From positions 32,001-96,000 of IMG/VR virus record IMGVR_UViG_3300002835_000001: a stretch of 64,000 nt of DNA. One strand, given 5' to 3'. The notes below the pieces were generated by a model. It worked only from the letters and a program-made list of their open reading frames with translations, ran no database searches and had not been told where the DNA came from. A program made the translations under genes and the position numbers. Shown piece by piece: positions 48,375-58,023 of the stretch. The stretch comes from a virus (lineage: Duplodnaviria > Caudoviricetes). Numbering within the stretch: position 1 is the stretch's first letter; each line of letters begins with the position of its first letter.

Positions 48375-48459
48375 TGTTTTCTATTGTATTTATAATAAAT
48401 AGTATCCTTATTTTTAGTTTCTTTCTACGGGTTTAAAATAACAATATCCTTACTGACAC

Positions 48460-49227
48460 CTATATTAATTTACTTTTTTTTGGTTCTTTATTGATGATTT
48501 CATAAACTTTTTTTGCCCAATATTCGTGAGCGTCTTCACCAAAATGTCCCCTTTTAGAATGTACGGACCATTTAAAATTGGTTTTATTAGTTAAATGTCC
48601 AAAAAAGGCTTGGTCGGTATTGTTAAACCCAATATGTTTTATTTTTTTAGTATCATCATATAACCAAAGATTATTAATGTATGATGAACTTAAAATGTGA
48701 TTTTTATCTACATCTTCTAAACTCAAAAAGGAATGTAACCCATTTAAAAATGTATATTTAATTTTAAAAGTATCTAAAAAAATAGATAAATTATTTACAT
48801 ATATTAAATTTTTTAAATTAGAATATAATATGTCATGAAAATAAACTATTGTATCTTTAAATTTTTGCAATTCCATTTTCATACCTGTTGAAGCGTATTT
48901 TAGATCATACGCTGGATTTATATTACTGACCTGATTAACGTCTGAAAAATATAATTCTTTTCTGTCAAATCCTGACCACATAACAATCACATGTAAATCT
49001 TCTATTTTACGTGATTTATTAATTAATACATTTTCAATTATCCAATCTTGGGTTGTTCTAAAAATGTATTCATTACTTGCACCTCCTACGGCAATATTAA
49101 CATATTCATCTCCAGTCATGTTGGATAAAAATTTACCCCACGATTTTTCATAACAAGATGGTTGATTTGTATATTCTATTTCAGAACCTGCGGTATGACT
49201 ACACCCATTAAATAACATTATCCCCAT
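48460..49227 (-). CDS. SGNH-hydrolase-like protein
   Basis: LFNGCSHTAG; NIAVGGASN; GHFGEDAH. Confidence 0.6.
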   Translation of the reverse strand: MGIMLFNGCSHTAGSEIEYTNQPSCYEKSWGKFLSNMTGDEYVNIAVGGASNEYIFRTTQDWIIENVLINKSRKIEDLHVIVMWSGFDRKELYFSDVNQVSNINPAYDLKYASTGMKMELQKFKDTIVYFHDILYSNLKNLIYVNNLSIFLDTFKIKYTFLNGLHSFLSLEDVDKNHILSSSYINNLWLYDDTKKIKHIGFNNTDQAFFGHLTNKTNFKWSVHSKRGHFGEDAHEYWAKKVYEIINKEPKKSKLI

Positions 49228-52200
49228 TATATTAAATTTCTTAAAATTGGTCCAGTGGCAATTGAGATTTTTTTAGATTTACTACGAAACTGTTCATGAA
49301 TTGTTTCTTTCACCAATGAATCTTTAGTTAACCATTTATATATGTTACCATTATTATTAAAGGTATCTTTAAATGACATGTCACCATGACTATTTTGTCT
49401 TTCCCATTTATATGTTTCTTCTATTTTTGGTGTCATTCCATAGTGTTTCATTTCGTGGCTAATGTTATATTGGTAATTACCCATATCATCAATTTCAAAT
49501 GAAATATTTGCAATATAATTAACAGATATACTACCCCATGATGTAATGTCTTTTTCTGGATCAAATGTTATATTAATTTTAAACCCTTTGAATATCCTAA
49601 ATAAACCATAGAATATTGGTAAAAATTCATTTGCAATGTTTGTACTTAAAAATGAGGTTGACATATCTTCAGTTATTAACTTGAAGTTAATGTTATCGTC
49701 TTGCGGTATATATTCATCAATATTGATGTTTGATGTCTCAAATGTAAAACATTCAGTAATATCTCCATGTCTTTGTGCATTTTCTACAACACTACCTGCG
49801 AAGTCCTTTAATATCTCTAACCAAATATGAAAACACTTAATTCTTACGAAACGATTTAATTGTGTATTTTTGTATCCATGTGTGTACCAATTACCAAATA
49901 CTTGATTGTCCCATATTCTTTCTTGCCAAGCTATTCCGTAAATGTCAAATCTTTCTTGTAAATCACTAAGTGCACTTGGTCCGCAACCCATACCCGGACT
50001 TAATTGATGGATATACTTTCTCACATTATAAATTAAAATATTACTATGATAATAATCGATATGTTCTTCTGTTGGGAATCCGATTAACCAATTAACGTGA
50101 GTCCAAATTTTTTGAGTCAAGTATGTGTCTTTTAGATTGCTTTCAATTTCCCAAATCTCAATTCTTTTTCTCATATCATTAAGAACCTTTTGACTACCTG
50201 ACTCAACCCCGTAACTTAATGCGGTACATCCCGAATCTGCAATCTTATTGATAAATTCTTTGGTCATTCTACCATCACATCTACTGTAACTATTCCAACC
50301 AATATCTAGTTTATTTTCAATAATTAAATCCACCAGTTTTTGAAAATTAGCAAGGTTACCATTTACCAAACTATCCACAAACCAAAATCTTCTAACACCA
50401 TATGTTTCAATTTGATACTTCATTTCCTCAACTACCCTTTTTGGTGTCATAGATCTAAATCTCCAAAAATAAGTTTCAGCACAAAAACTACATTGAGCAA
50501 CACATCCTCTTGATGTTTCAATACTAACACCATCTTTATGTAAATAAGATTCTAAATCGTAATCCGTAAAATCGGCATACGCTTTATCATCTAAATTTAA
50601 TCTACTATTTGAATCACCAATAAAAACACCTTCACTTGGTAATCTCTTTAAATGTGTTTCATCATTTAAAAAGTTTACAAAACTTTCTTCCGCTTCACCT
50701 TTAAAAAAGTAATTAACATACTTTGAAAATTGTGATGACAGTAACCACGCTTCGGTTGACACTGCTGGTCCGCCAACAACAATTGCAACATTGGGTAATT
50801 TCTCTTTTAATTTTTTTACCATTAATAGAGTTGCCTGACTGTTAGTGGTATACATACTGAACCCAATAACGGTTGGTTTATCTAATACAATTTTATCCAC
50901 CGCAGCATTTAAAAACGGTTCTATTTCTTTTAAAAGATACTTATTAAAAAACCAAGAATCTTCCCAATAGAAAAACTTCTCCGATCTCCAATAATCTTCT
51001 CCTGTCCTTTCAATTAAATTATGATATAATTGAACATTTAAATCATATACTTTACAGGCAAATCCTTCCTTTCGTAATGTACCAACAATCTTAGATAAAC
51101 CATATGGTGGGAAAATAACACCCCAACTTGGACATATCGCCATTACAACTCTCTCACGTCCCTCATTAAAATCTTTTAATGCTGTTGGTTCGTTAAAATT
51201 TTGATATTTTAATTGTCCATTAACACCTATATGTGCTGACGCATGATTCATCGGCATTTTAGTTGTTGATTGTACATCCCTTTCTAAAATATGTTTTAAA
51301 ATTAATTGGTCTCTATCCGCACCAATCGATTCAATTTGTTCTTTTAATTTAATTGACTCTTCATTAAAATATAATTTATCAATGAATGAACACGTTGGGT
51401 CAAATCCAACTAATACCGTGTTGTTAGGTAAGTTGTACATAAATTCATTATACTTTTCTTCAATTTTACTTAACCCTATAAATGAGTTGGTAAAATCGGT
51501 ACAATAAATGTTTGATATACTGATATAATTTTTTTGTCCATCGACTTTATCTAATAATGATTTAGGGTTTTGTATTAAATCAATATGTAATAATTCAACA
51601 TCTAACGTTCTAAATTTGTCTAAAAATTCATAAAATAGGTTTTCTCCCCCGAAGTAATCAAAAGTTCGATTTAAACTTAATAAAAAGTTATTTGTGAATT
51701 TTCCATCAATACCAAATACCTTTTGTCCCATTCCTAAAAAATGAAAAAAATTATTATCACTAAATTGGTTAATTAACAGTTTAATGTCTCGTATGTTACT
51801 TTTATAAATTAAATCAATCCACGCTAAACTCTTTTCATTAAAATCATATATGATTAATTTACCACCTTCTTTTAAATGATTACTCTTTAATGAATCTAAA
51901 AATTTAAACCCACCCGCAGGAACCGCAATTGTGTCAAACTTATTATTTTTATACCCATAGGTTAAATTCATATCTTCTGAATTTAATAACCATATTTGAT
52001 TTTTAATTGAATTTGGTATTTGTAATAGCTTAACTTGGTTTATGTTGAGGGTGGTATCAACTGTTTGTGTTTTTAAACATTCTAAGAATCTATCGCTGTT
52101 AGATTCGGGATAATAGTACGTTCTTTTATTTCTTATTGTTTCATTCCAATTGATGATATCAAATCCGTTCTTTAGTGATTCATTAATAAATTTCCACCCT

Positions 52201-52742
52201 TGCTTTTGGTGGTATTGTTTTTCGATTTGTCCCGTATTTTTAATCCATAGTGGTGTGTAGTCATCGTGAAAATTTTCAACACTTCTTTCTATTACAACTA
52301 AATCATCCTCCTCATATTCCCATCCACCATATTCGGGTTTACCTGCTTTTACCCAATTTTTAGTGTTAACTAACACAAATTGATGATGCAATTCATACCA
52401 AAGTTCTTTCCATTCTAATATATGACCCGCAGCCATATAATTTGGATTTTTAAGAATTTCATTTTTAATGTCAAATATTATTGAGCTATCAAAAATACGA
52501 ACTCCCGCCGCCATGAATAATATGTGGTCATATTTTTCATAATTCTCTTCTAATGCTTTATATATTGATTCACTTTCAAAAACGTCAATTGTTTTATTAG
52601 AAATTTCATTGATTCTATAGGAATAGAATTTAGTAAATTCAACCATTCTTTTAGATAACTCTTCGTTATGAAGTGTATCTGAAGGAAATATACAAATTGA
52701 AAGATTAATGTCGTTTATAAAACTATCGTGAATTATGTCCAT
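49227..52742 (-). CDS. 1171-aa fusion: unassigned N-terminal half + cobalamin-binding radical SAM enzyme
   Basis: PPYGL..L...G..DLN; VIGFS; IVVGGP; GEAE; SRGCVAQCSFC; SYGVESGS; IGFPTE. Confidence 0.85.
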   Translation of the reverse strand: MDIIHDSFINDINLSICIFPSDTLHNEELSKRMVEFTKFYSYRINEISNKTIDVFESESIYKALEENYEKYDHILFMAAGVRIFDSSIIFDIKNEILKNPNYMAAGHILEWKELWYELHHQFVLVNTKNWVKAGKPEYGGWEYEEDDLVVIERSVENFHDDYTPLWIKNTGQIEKQYHQKQGWKFINESLKNGFDIINWNETIRNKRTYYYPESNSDRFLECLKTQTVDTTLNINQVKLLQIPNSIKNQIWLLNSEDMNLTYGYKNNKFDTIAVPAGGFKFLDSLKSNHLKEGGKLIIYDFNEKSLAWIDLIYKSNIRDIKLLINQFSDNNFFHFLGMGQKVFGIDGKFTNNFLLSLNRTFDYFGGENLFYEFLDKFRTLDVELLHIDLIQNPKSLLDKVDGQKNYISISNIYCTDFTNSFIGLSKIEEKYNEFMYNLPNNTVLVGFDPTCSFIDKLYFNEESIKLKEQIESIGADRDQLILKHILERDVQSTTKMPMNHASAHIGVNGQLKYQNFNEPTALKDFNEGRERVVMAICPSWGVIFPPYGLSKIVGTLRKEGFACKVYDLNVQLYHNLIERTGEDYWRSEKFFYWEDSWFFNKYLLKEIEPFLNAAVDKIVLDKPTVIGFSMYTTNSQATLLMVKKLKEKLPNVAIVVGGPAVSTEAWLLSSQFSKYVNYFFKGEAEESFVNFLNDETHLKRLPSEGVFIGDSNSRLNLDDKAYADFTDYDLESYLHKDGVSIETSRGCVAQCSFCAETYFWRFRSMTPKRVVEEMKYQIETYGVRRFWFVDSLVNGNLANFQKLVDLIIENKLDIGWNSYSRCDGRMTKEFINKIADSGCTALSYGVESGSQKVLNDMRKRIEIWEIESNLKDTYLTQKIWTHVNWLIGFPTEEHIDYYHSNILIYNVRKYIHQLSPGMGCGPSALSDLQERFDIYGIAWQERIWDNQVFGNWYTHGYKNTQLNRFVRIKCFHIWLEILKDFAGSVVENAQRHGDITECFTFETSNINIDEYIPQDDNINFKLITEDMSTSFLSTNIANEFLPIFYGLFRIFKGFKINITFDPEKDITSWGSISVNYIANISFEIDDMGNYQYNISHEMKHYGMTPKIEETYKWERQNSHGDMSFKDTFNNNGNIYKWLTKDSLVKETIHEQFRSKSKKISIATGPILRNLI

Positions 52743-53415
52743 ATAATGTATTAGTGTAAGTTATTGAATCGTTTAATAATTTAGGATTAATCCATCCATG
52801 AACAATTACATGGTATCTATCTTCGTTAGAATTATTCCAAACCGCGTGTTCATTTCCTAAATCAAGGAATACACCTCTACCTTTTTTAAATGGGACTAAT
52901 CCATGGTCTTTAAATACGAACTGACAACCCTCAGGGTTGTTTATTGCTATATTAAGTGGTCCAAAAATTCTTCCTTTACCATCGGTGTGAGGCATAACAA
53001 ACCCGCCAGACTCTAACTTCATAATTCTAACTCTATCATATTGTTCATATCCTAATGATTTTATAAAGTTAGTTAATTTTGGGAGATATTCGCAAACATC
53101 GGTCCAATGATAATTCGCCTCTTCTTGCGTGTTGAATCCGTATCTGTCGAAGTGTTCTGTCTTAGTCGAATCGATTCCGTGTAACGTCACTGCGTTCCAT
53201 CCTTCGTGATTATATGATTTAAGTTTATCTTTATCCCTATGTTTGACAAAATATGTTTTTTCTAATAATTTAATTTCTTCTAACATCCCATCAAAATCAT
53301 TATCAAAATCAATCACAGAGTACGGCCAATTACAATTTGTATCAAATATATTTTCAGGTATACCATTAGATGTCCAACTATTAGTTAACGCGTCATCAAA
53401 AAAATTTTTTATCAT
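52723..53415 (-). CDS. aspartyl/asparaginyl beta-hydroxylase-like 2OG-Fe(II) oxygenase
   Basis: RVRIMKL..GG..PHTD; EHAVWNNSNEDRYH. Confidence 0.8.
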   Translation of the reverse strand: MIKNFFDDALTNSWTSNGIPENIFDTNCNWPYSVIDFDNDFDGMLEEIKLLEKTYFVKHRDKDKLKSYNHEGWNAVTLHGIDSTKTEHFDRYGFNTQEEANYHWTDVCEYLPKLTNFIKSLGYEQYDRVRIMKLESGGFVMPHTDGKGRIFGPLNIAINNPEGCQFVFKDHGLVPFKKGRGVFLDLGNEHAVWNNSNEDRYHVIVHGWINPKLLNDSITYTNTLYGHNSR

Positions 53416-54386
53416 ATTAATTTCTTTTTTACCAACTCTGGGCTTCTTTTACTTATCATAACATCTGTTGCACAATGACAAATATGCCATGGACAGGTAA
53501 TAGGACCAGTTGGCCATTTTATTTCCTCTAATTTATTAATATTACCAAGATTAAAACCAACACAATTACCTCGTTTTATTTCACCATCGGCAAAAATAAA
53601 TAAAGATTCTAATCCAATGTCACATTGATACCCAAAGAAATTACTTAATCCTTCATTAATGTAGTCAACAGCATCTGCTTTTGTATCAACGGTACCGTCA
53701 GATAAAATAAAATGTGCACCAATTAATGCTGTTTTATTAACTGTTGGTATTAATGTTTTTGTGTTAACTCTATTGTCACCTTTAAACCATTCTAATTGTT
53801 CTTCAGTATAAACCAACGTATCTCTATCGAGTTGGTCCCAATCAAGTATTTTTACTGCCTCCATATTAAAATATTGCATCACATCACTTTCCTTAGTTGT
53901 ATTAAACATATTAACGGCAACCTCCCAATGTTTTGGATCCATCATAATCCTTAAAGAACAATAACAATTATCTACAGATGCTTTAATTTTTTCAAGAACT
54001 TTATTCTTATCACCATATTGTGGATGATAAGAAAATACTATATAATTAACATATTTTGATAGTTCTGAATAATATTCAACATTCCTTGTCCCATTTGATG
54101 TTAAACCAACTGTACTTCCCTTTTCATGTATCATTTTACACAAATCAAGTAAAAATGGTGACATTGTTGGTTCACCTCCAGCGATTGATACGTGTATTTT
54201 TGGATATCTTACAAATAATTCATCGAAGAACTTTTTAACCTCCTCCCAAGTGTAACCATGATTATGTCCACTATGTAAAGCATCGACACAATAAGCGCAT
54301 TTATTAGAACATATTGTATTAATTACCCACGTTACCTGTAAAACGTCAGGATGGTTATTAATTACTTCATTTATTTTTACTCTCAT
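53412..54386 (-). CDS. radical SAM protein
   Basis: NTICSNKCAYC; AGGEPT; TSNG; C-terminal CPWHICHCATD. Confidence 0.85.
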   Translation of the reverse strand: MRVKINEVINNHPDVLQVTWVINTICSNKCAYCVDALHSGHNHGYTWEEVKKFFDELFVRYPKIHVSIAGGEPTMSPFLLDLCKMIHEKGSTVGLTSNGTRNVEYYSELSKYVNYIVFSYHPQYGDKNKVLEKIKASVDNCYCSLRIMMDPKHWEVAVNMFNTTKESDVMQYFNMEAVKILDWDQLDRDTLVYTEEQLEWFKGDNRVNTKTLIPTVNKTALIGAHFILSDGTVDTKADAVDYINEGLSNFFGYQCDIGLESLFIFADGEIKRGNCVGFNLGNINKLEEIKWPTGPITCPWHICHCATDVMISKRSPELVKKKLI

Positions 54387-55363
54387 TAATCAAAAATTTT
54401 AATACTTTCAATGCCGTTAACTTGTGAGAACACTTCTCTGTTCCATCTAGTCTTACAACTTTCATCTCCTATTGCCCACGCTACGGATGGTCCCGATGGT
54501 GTAAACCATTTAGAAACATCCGACTCAATTGACAACATAGAATCGTCAATAATTATTCTTCCCAATTTATATCTACCTAAAGATAATTTGTGCATGTTAT
54601 CAATCGGTACTTTTGATTGAACCTCTGGTGATAGAGATAAATACCAACCATAAAAACTCTCACGAATAGTATTGGTCATATCAGGACCAAAGTTCATCCA
54701 TGTTTCGGGAGCAAATCTAATTTGTGGTCTAACTTCATCACGTGCAATAACCTCCCAATCATTTTCAGGTGCTATTGATAGATAGTCTTTTCCTAATGTA
54801 TTATAACCACAATATAATCCACCCCATTCAAATCTATCTTCTAAAAATAACTTATCAATTTCAGTCACTGGTTCGTGTAAACCTGCAGGTAAGAAATCAT
54901 ATAAACAACTAAAATTTGGGAATTTGTGATGTAATCCATGTATGGCAGTTTCGATCATGTGAATAAATTCATTTAAAGATAAAAACTTATCGTGTAATTC
55001 ATATGACCACTTTTCTTTAGTTTGTAATTCTACGATTCTATCACCATACACTTCAAATTCTTCATGAAGATAGTTTAAAATAACACTATCTAATTGGTTG
55101 AAATCTGTGAACGTTGGTAGAACTTTATCATAGTGTTCATTAATAAAAACTAACACTCCGTTAATTTGTTCCATTAAATAACCAATGTTATTCATTTCAT
55201 TGTTGGTTATTCTGGCCTTAATTTCCATTTCTTTTTCTAAAGATTGTTTTGTCATAGATACCCATCTATCAACGACCGGATTTTGGTCATATAGATTATA
55301 CGCTACTGGTAATGTACCTCCGTCTTTTGTTGTAAATACAACTTTTAATACTGCCTTTGCCAT
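54386..55363 (-). CDS. hypothetical protein
   Basis: ORF track; LNYLHEEFE and YNTLGK motifs; no family recognised. Confidence 0.75.
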   Translation of the reverse strand: MAKAVLKVVFTTKDGGTLPVAYNLYDQNPVVDRWVSMTKQSLEKEMEIKARITNNEMNNIGYLMEQINGVLVFINEHYDKVLPTFTDFNQLDSVILNYLHEEFEVYGDRIVELQTKEKWSYELHDKFLSLNEFIHMIETAIHGLHHKFPNFSCLYDFLPAGLHEPVTEIDKLFLEDRFEWGGLYCGYNTLGKDYLSIAPENDWEVIARDEVRPQIRFAPETWMNFGPDMTNTIRESFYGWYLSLSPEVQSKVPIDNMHKLSLGRYKLGRIIIDDSMLSIESDVSKWFTPSGPSVAWAIGDESCKTRWNREVFSQVNGIESIKIFD

Positions 55364-55365
55364 AA

Positions 55366-56643
55366 TTAAAATAATTTAAATAATTCCTCGAAGGTTTTTT
55401 TATGATTTAGATTTCTATATAAATCTATTTTTATTAGGTATTCATCAAATTCCTTCATAAGTGATGAATTATCTTCTGAGTTCATTAAGTTAATCATTTC
55501 TGAAAAATTCCAAACATTTAGAATGTCTTTTTTTGATTCAACATAATCAGTTAACTTTTTAGTTATTACCTCTTTAACATGTTTGGGTAATATTTTTGTT
55601 GATAAGTAATTTGGTCCCCACAACACTCCTGTGTGGAATATGGTTTCGTGTTTTTTTCTTACAATTATCTTTTTATAATTTTGTGAATCCAACCAATCTG
55701 CAAACTCGGGTAGATAAAATATATTCAATGCTTGTACCGTATATAATATTTTAAAACTCATATTATCAGATGCATTATCGTCATACCTTCTTAAATTGTT
55801 TTCAATAACACTAAAGTTTGATGGATATCTAACATATTCTGTTACCTTATCAATACCGTCGATAGATAAAAATAACTCAACCTTTTTAAAATGTTTCCAT
55901 AACTCCATTAATTCCGGATCGTAGATGGTTGCATTTGTGTGATAGTTAACTTGTATGTTACCGGCATGTCCTCTCTTAACCATCTCTTTAATCATTTCTT
56001 TATGTTCCTTAATTAAAAGAGGTTCTCCACCTGCAAATATCATCAACCTCATATTACCACAACTCTCATAGAAATCCTCTAAAAATTCTTGTCTCTTATA
56101 CCACTCAAAATTATCAAGATTAATTGTTGATTTATGTTTCCAATCCCACTTAGCATTGGTTTCAAGTTCGTTAGATAACCTCTTAGCTTCATTCAACCAC
56201 TTAGAACTATCTTGTGGTCTACACATCACACATGCCAAATTACACGTGTTACCCAATCTAAAATCTAACGTATATAAATCATTATCAATAGTACCATCAT
56301 CGTGTGTGTTTCTTACAATTTCATCAACAAGTTCTTTAGTTAGTAAATCGTCCCATAGTCTATTCTCATTATTTCTGTGACTCTTAACTCCCACTTCTTC
56401 TTCTTTCCAACAAACATCACATCCTGTAAACTTTTTACCATTCAGTAAAGCCAATCTAGCTTCTTTAAAGTAATCACTATTCTTAGCATCGTTAATTGTG
56501 CTATGATTTAAATTAACTCCTGTGTTTGGTGATGATACACAACAAAGCAATGCCGTACCGTCAGTATATGTTGCGGTATGTACCCATGGTAAAACACAAA
56601 AAGTTTCACTATTATTTCTGTCCTTGTTTTGCATAATGTGCAT
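55366..56643 (-). CDS. Twitch-domain radical SAM protein
   Basis: FCVLPW..CC; LDFRLGNTCNLACVMC; AGGEP; HTN. Confidence 0.88.
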   Translation of the reverse strand: MHIMQNKDRNNSETFCVLPWVHTATYTDGTALLCCVSSPNTGVNLNHSTINDAKNSDYFKEARLALLNGKKFTGCDVCWKEEEVGVKSHRNNENRLWDDLLTKELVDEIVRNTHDDGTIDNDLYTLDFRLGNTCNLACVMCRPQDSSKWLNEAKRLSNELETNAKWDWKHKSTINLDNFEWYKRQEFLEDFYESCGNMRLMIFAGGEPLLIKEHKEMIKEMVKRGHAGNIQVNYHTNATIYDPELMELWKHFKKVELFLSIDGIDKVTEYVRYPSNFSVIENNLRRYDDNASDNMSFKILYTVQALNIFYLPEFADWLDSQNYKKIIVRKKHETIFHTGVLWGPNYLSTKILPKHVKEVITKKLTDYVESKKDILNVWNFSEMINLMNSEDNSSLMKEFDEYLIKIDLYRNLNHKKTFEELFKLF

Positions 56644-57937
56644 TTAAATGTTCATTTAATTCAACACAAACATCTTCAAATGTTTGTTTTCTATTCTTAT
56701 CTAATATTTTAGTATATGATAAGAAATTTTCTAAGTATAAATCGGAACCAGGTATTCTATCTTCTTTTAATAAATTGACAATCGCATATGTACTATTTTT
56801 GGTCATGTCATGTGATTCCACTTTATGTTTATTATTTTTTATATACGTTTCAAGTTTTAATCTTGCCGCATCTTTTATTTCCTGTGGTAAAATTTTAATA
56901 TCCAAATATTTTGGGTGTGTGTCAATTAGGAAATCAATAAAAATATTTCTACCAAATCTAACATTCACATCTGCAACATAATCAATAAGTTTATCTATAT
57001 CGAATATGTTGTATAATTGGACAACAGGTGATGCACCTAAATGTATATTTTTCATCGAAGCTAACTTCTCAAAATTAGTACTAATTTTCTCCCAATGTGA
57101 TGGATATCTAATGTAATTATTCATTTCACCGAATCCATCTAAACTTGCGTTTATATCGACTCTATCAAATTTAGACAATACATTAGTAAATTTTTCAGTT
57201 ACGTTTGAACAGTTAGTGTTGAAGAACATTACAATATCTTTTCTACCTTCTTCAATACACTTCTCCATGAAATAATAGTTATTCTCAATAAGTGTTGGTT
57301 CTCCGCCTGTCATGTACACTTTCTTAAGTGTGGGTATCATAGATTCAACCTGACTCCATAATAAATCACTCTCAAACCACGTATCTTGATTCTTTAAGTG
57401 AACCGGACTACCTCCATATTCTGATTTATAAACCCTTTGATATTCTTCGTCTTTGTCCCATAATTCAAAGTGTTCTTTGGCTATTGAACTAGAACTATAT
57501 GGGTTACACATTCTACATCTAAAATTACAAAGGTTACCCAATCTAAGGTCTAAATAAACGGGACTTGATTCAATTACACCATCATTTTCCATTGCTTCCT
57601 TAACCAAGGCGTCCATCTTATCTGCACCGATTCTCCAAATCCATTCTTTGGTCATCATATCTCTATAACCCTCCCTACCTATCTTATTTTGAAGGTCACA
57701 TTTCATACAGGCATCAACTTGTTCACCTGCAATCATTTTTCTTCGTACTTCTCTTACAGTATCTGAATTCCAAGCGTCTAAAAGGGTTGATGTTGAGGCG
57801 TGAAGTGTTTTTCCATCGGTCTGTAAGTCGGTATTGTTTGCACCTCCTTCGGCTATACAACAATACTTAAACTTACCGTCACTATTAACCATCGTACTAA
57901 CAAATGGTACAGCACAAAATGTTTTTGATTTTTCCAT
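56612..57937 (-). CDS. Twitch-domain radical SAM protein
   Basis: FCAVPF..CC; LDLRLGNLCNFRCRMC; TGGEPT; FNTN. Confidence 0.88.
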   Translation of the reverse strand: MEKSKTFCAVPFVSTMVNSDGKFKYCCIAEGGANNTDLQTDGKTLHASTSTLLDAWNSDTVREVRRKMIAGEQVDACMKCDLQNKIGREGYRDMMTKEWIWRIGADKMDALVKEAMENDGVIESSPVYLDLRLGNLCNFRCRMCNPYSSSSIAKEHFELWDKDEEYQRVYKSEYGGSPVHLKNQDTWFESDLLWSQVESMIPTLKKVYMTGGEPTLIENNYYFMEKCIEEGRKDIVMFFNTNCSNVTEKFTNVLSKFDRVDINASLDGFGEMNNYIRYPSHWEKISTNFEKLASMKNIHLGASPVVQLYNIFDIDKLIDYVADVNVRFGRNIFIDFLIDTHPKYLDIKILPQEIKDAARLKLETYIKNNKHKVESHDMTKNSTYAIVNLLKEDRIPGSDLYLENFLSYTKILDKNRKQTFEDVCVELNEHLNAHYAKQGQK

Positions 57938-58023
57938 ATATTCTATATTAATATATACATTTTAATTGAATTTATCAAGGAGTTAATTATATGATTTTTC
58001 TCACATAATTGGTCTGAAAACGG

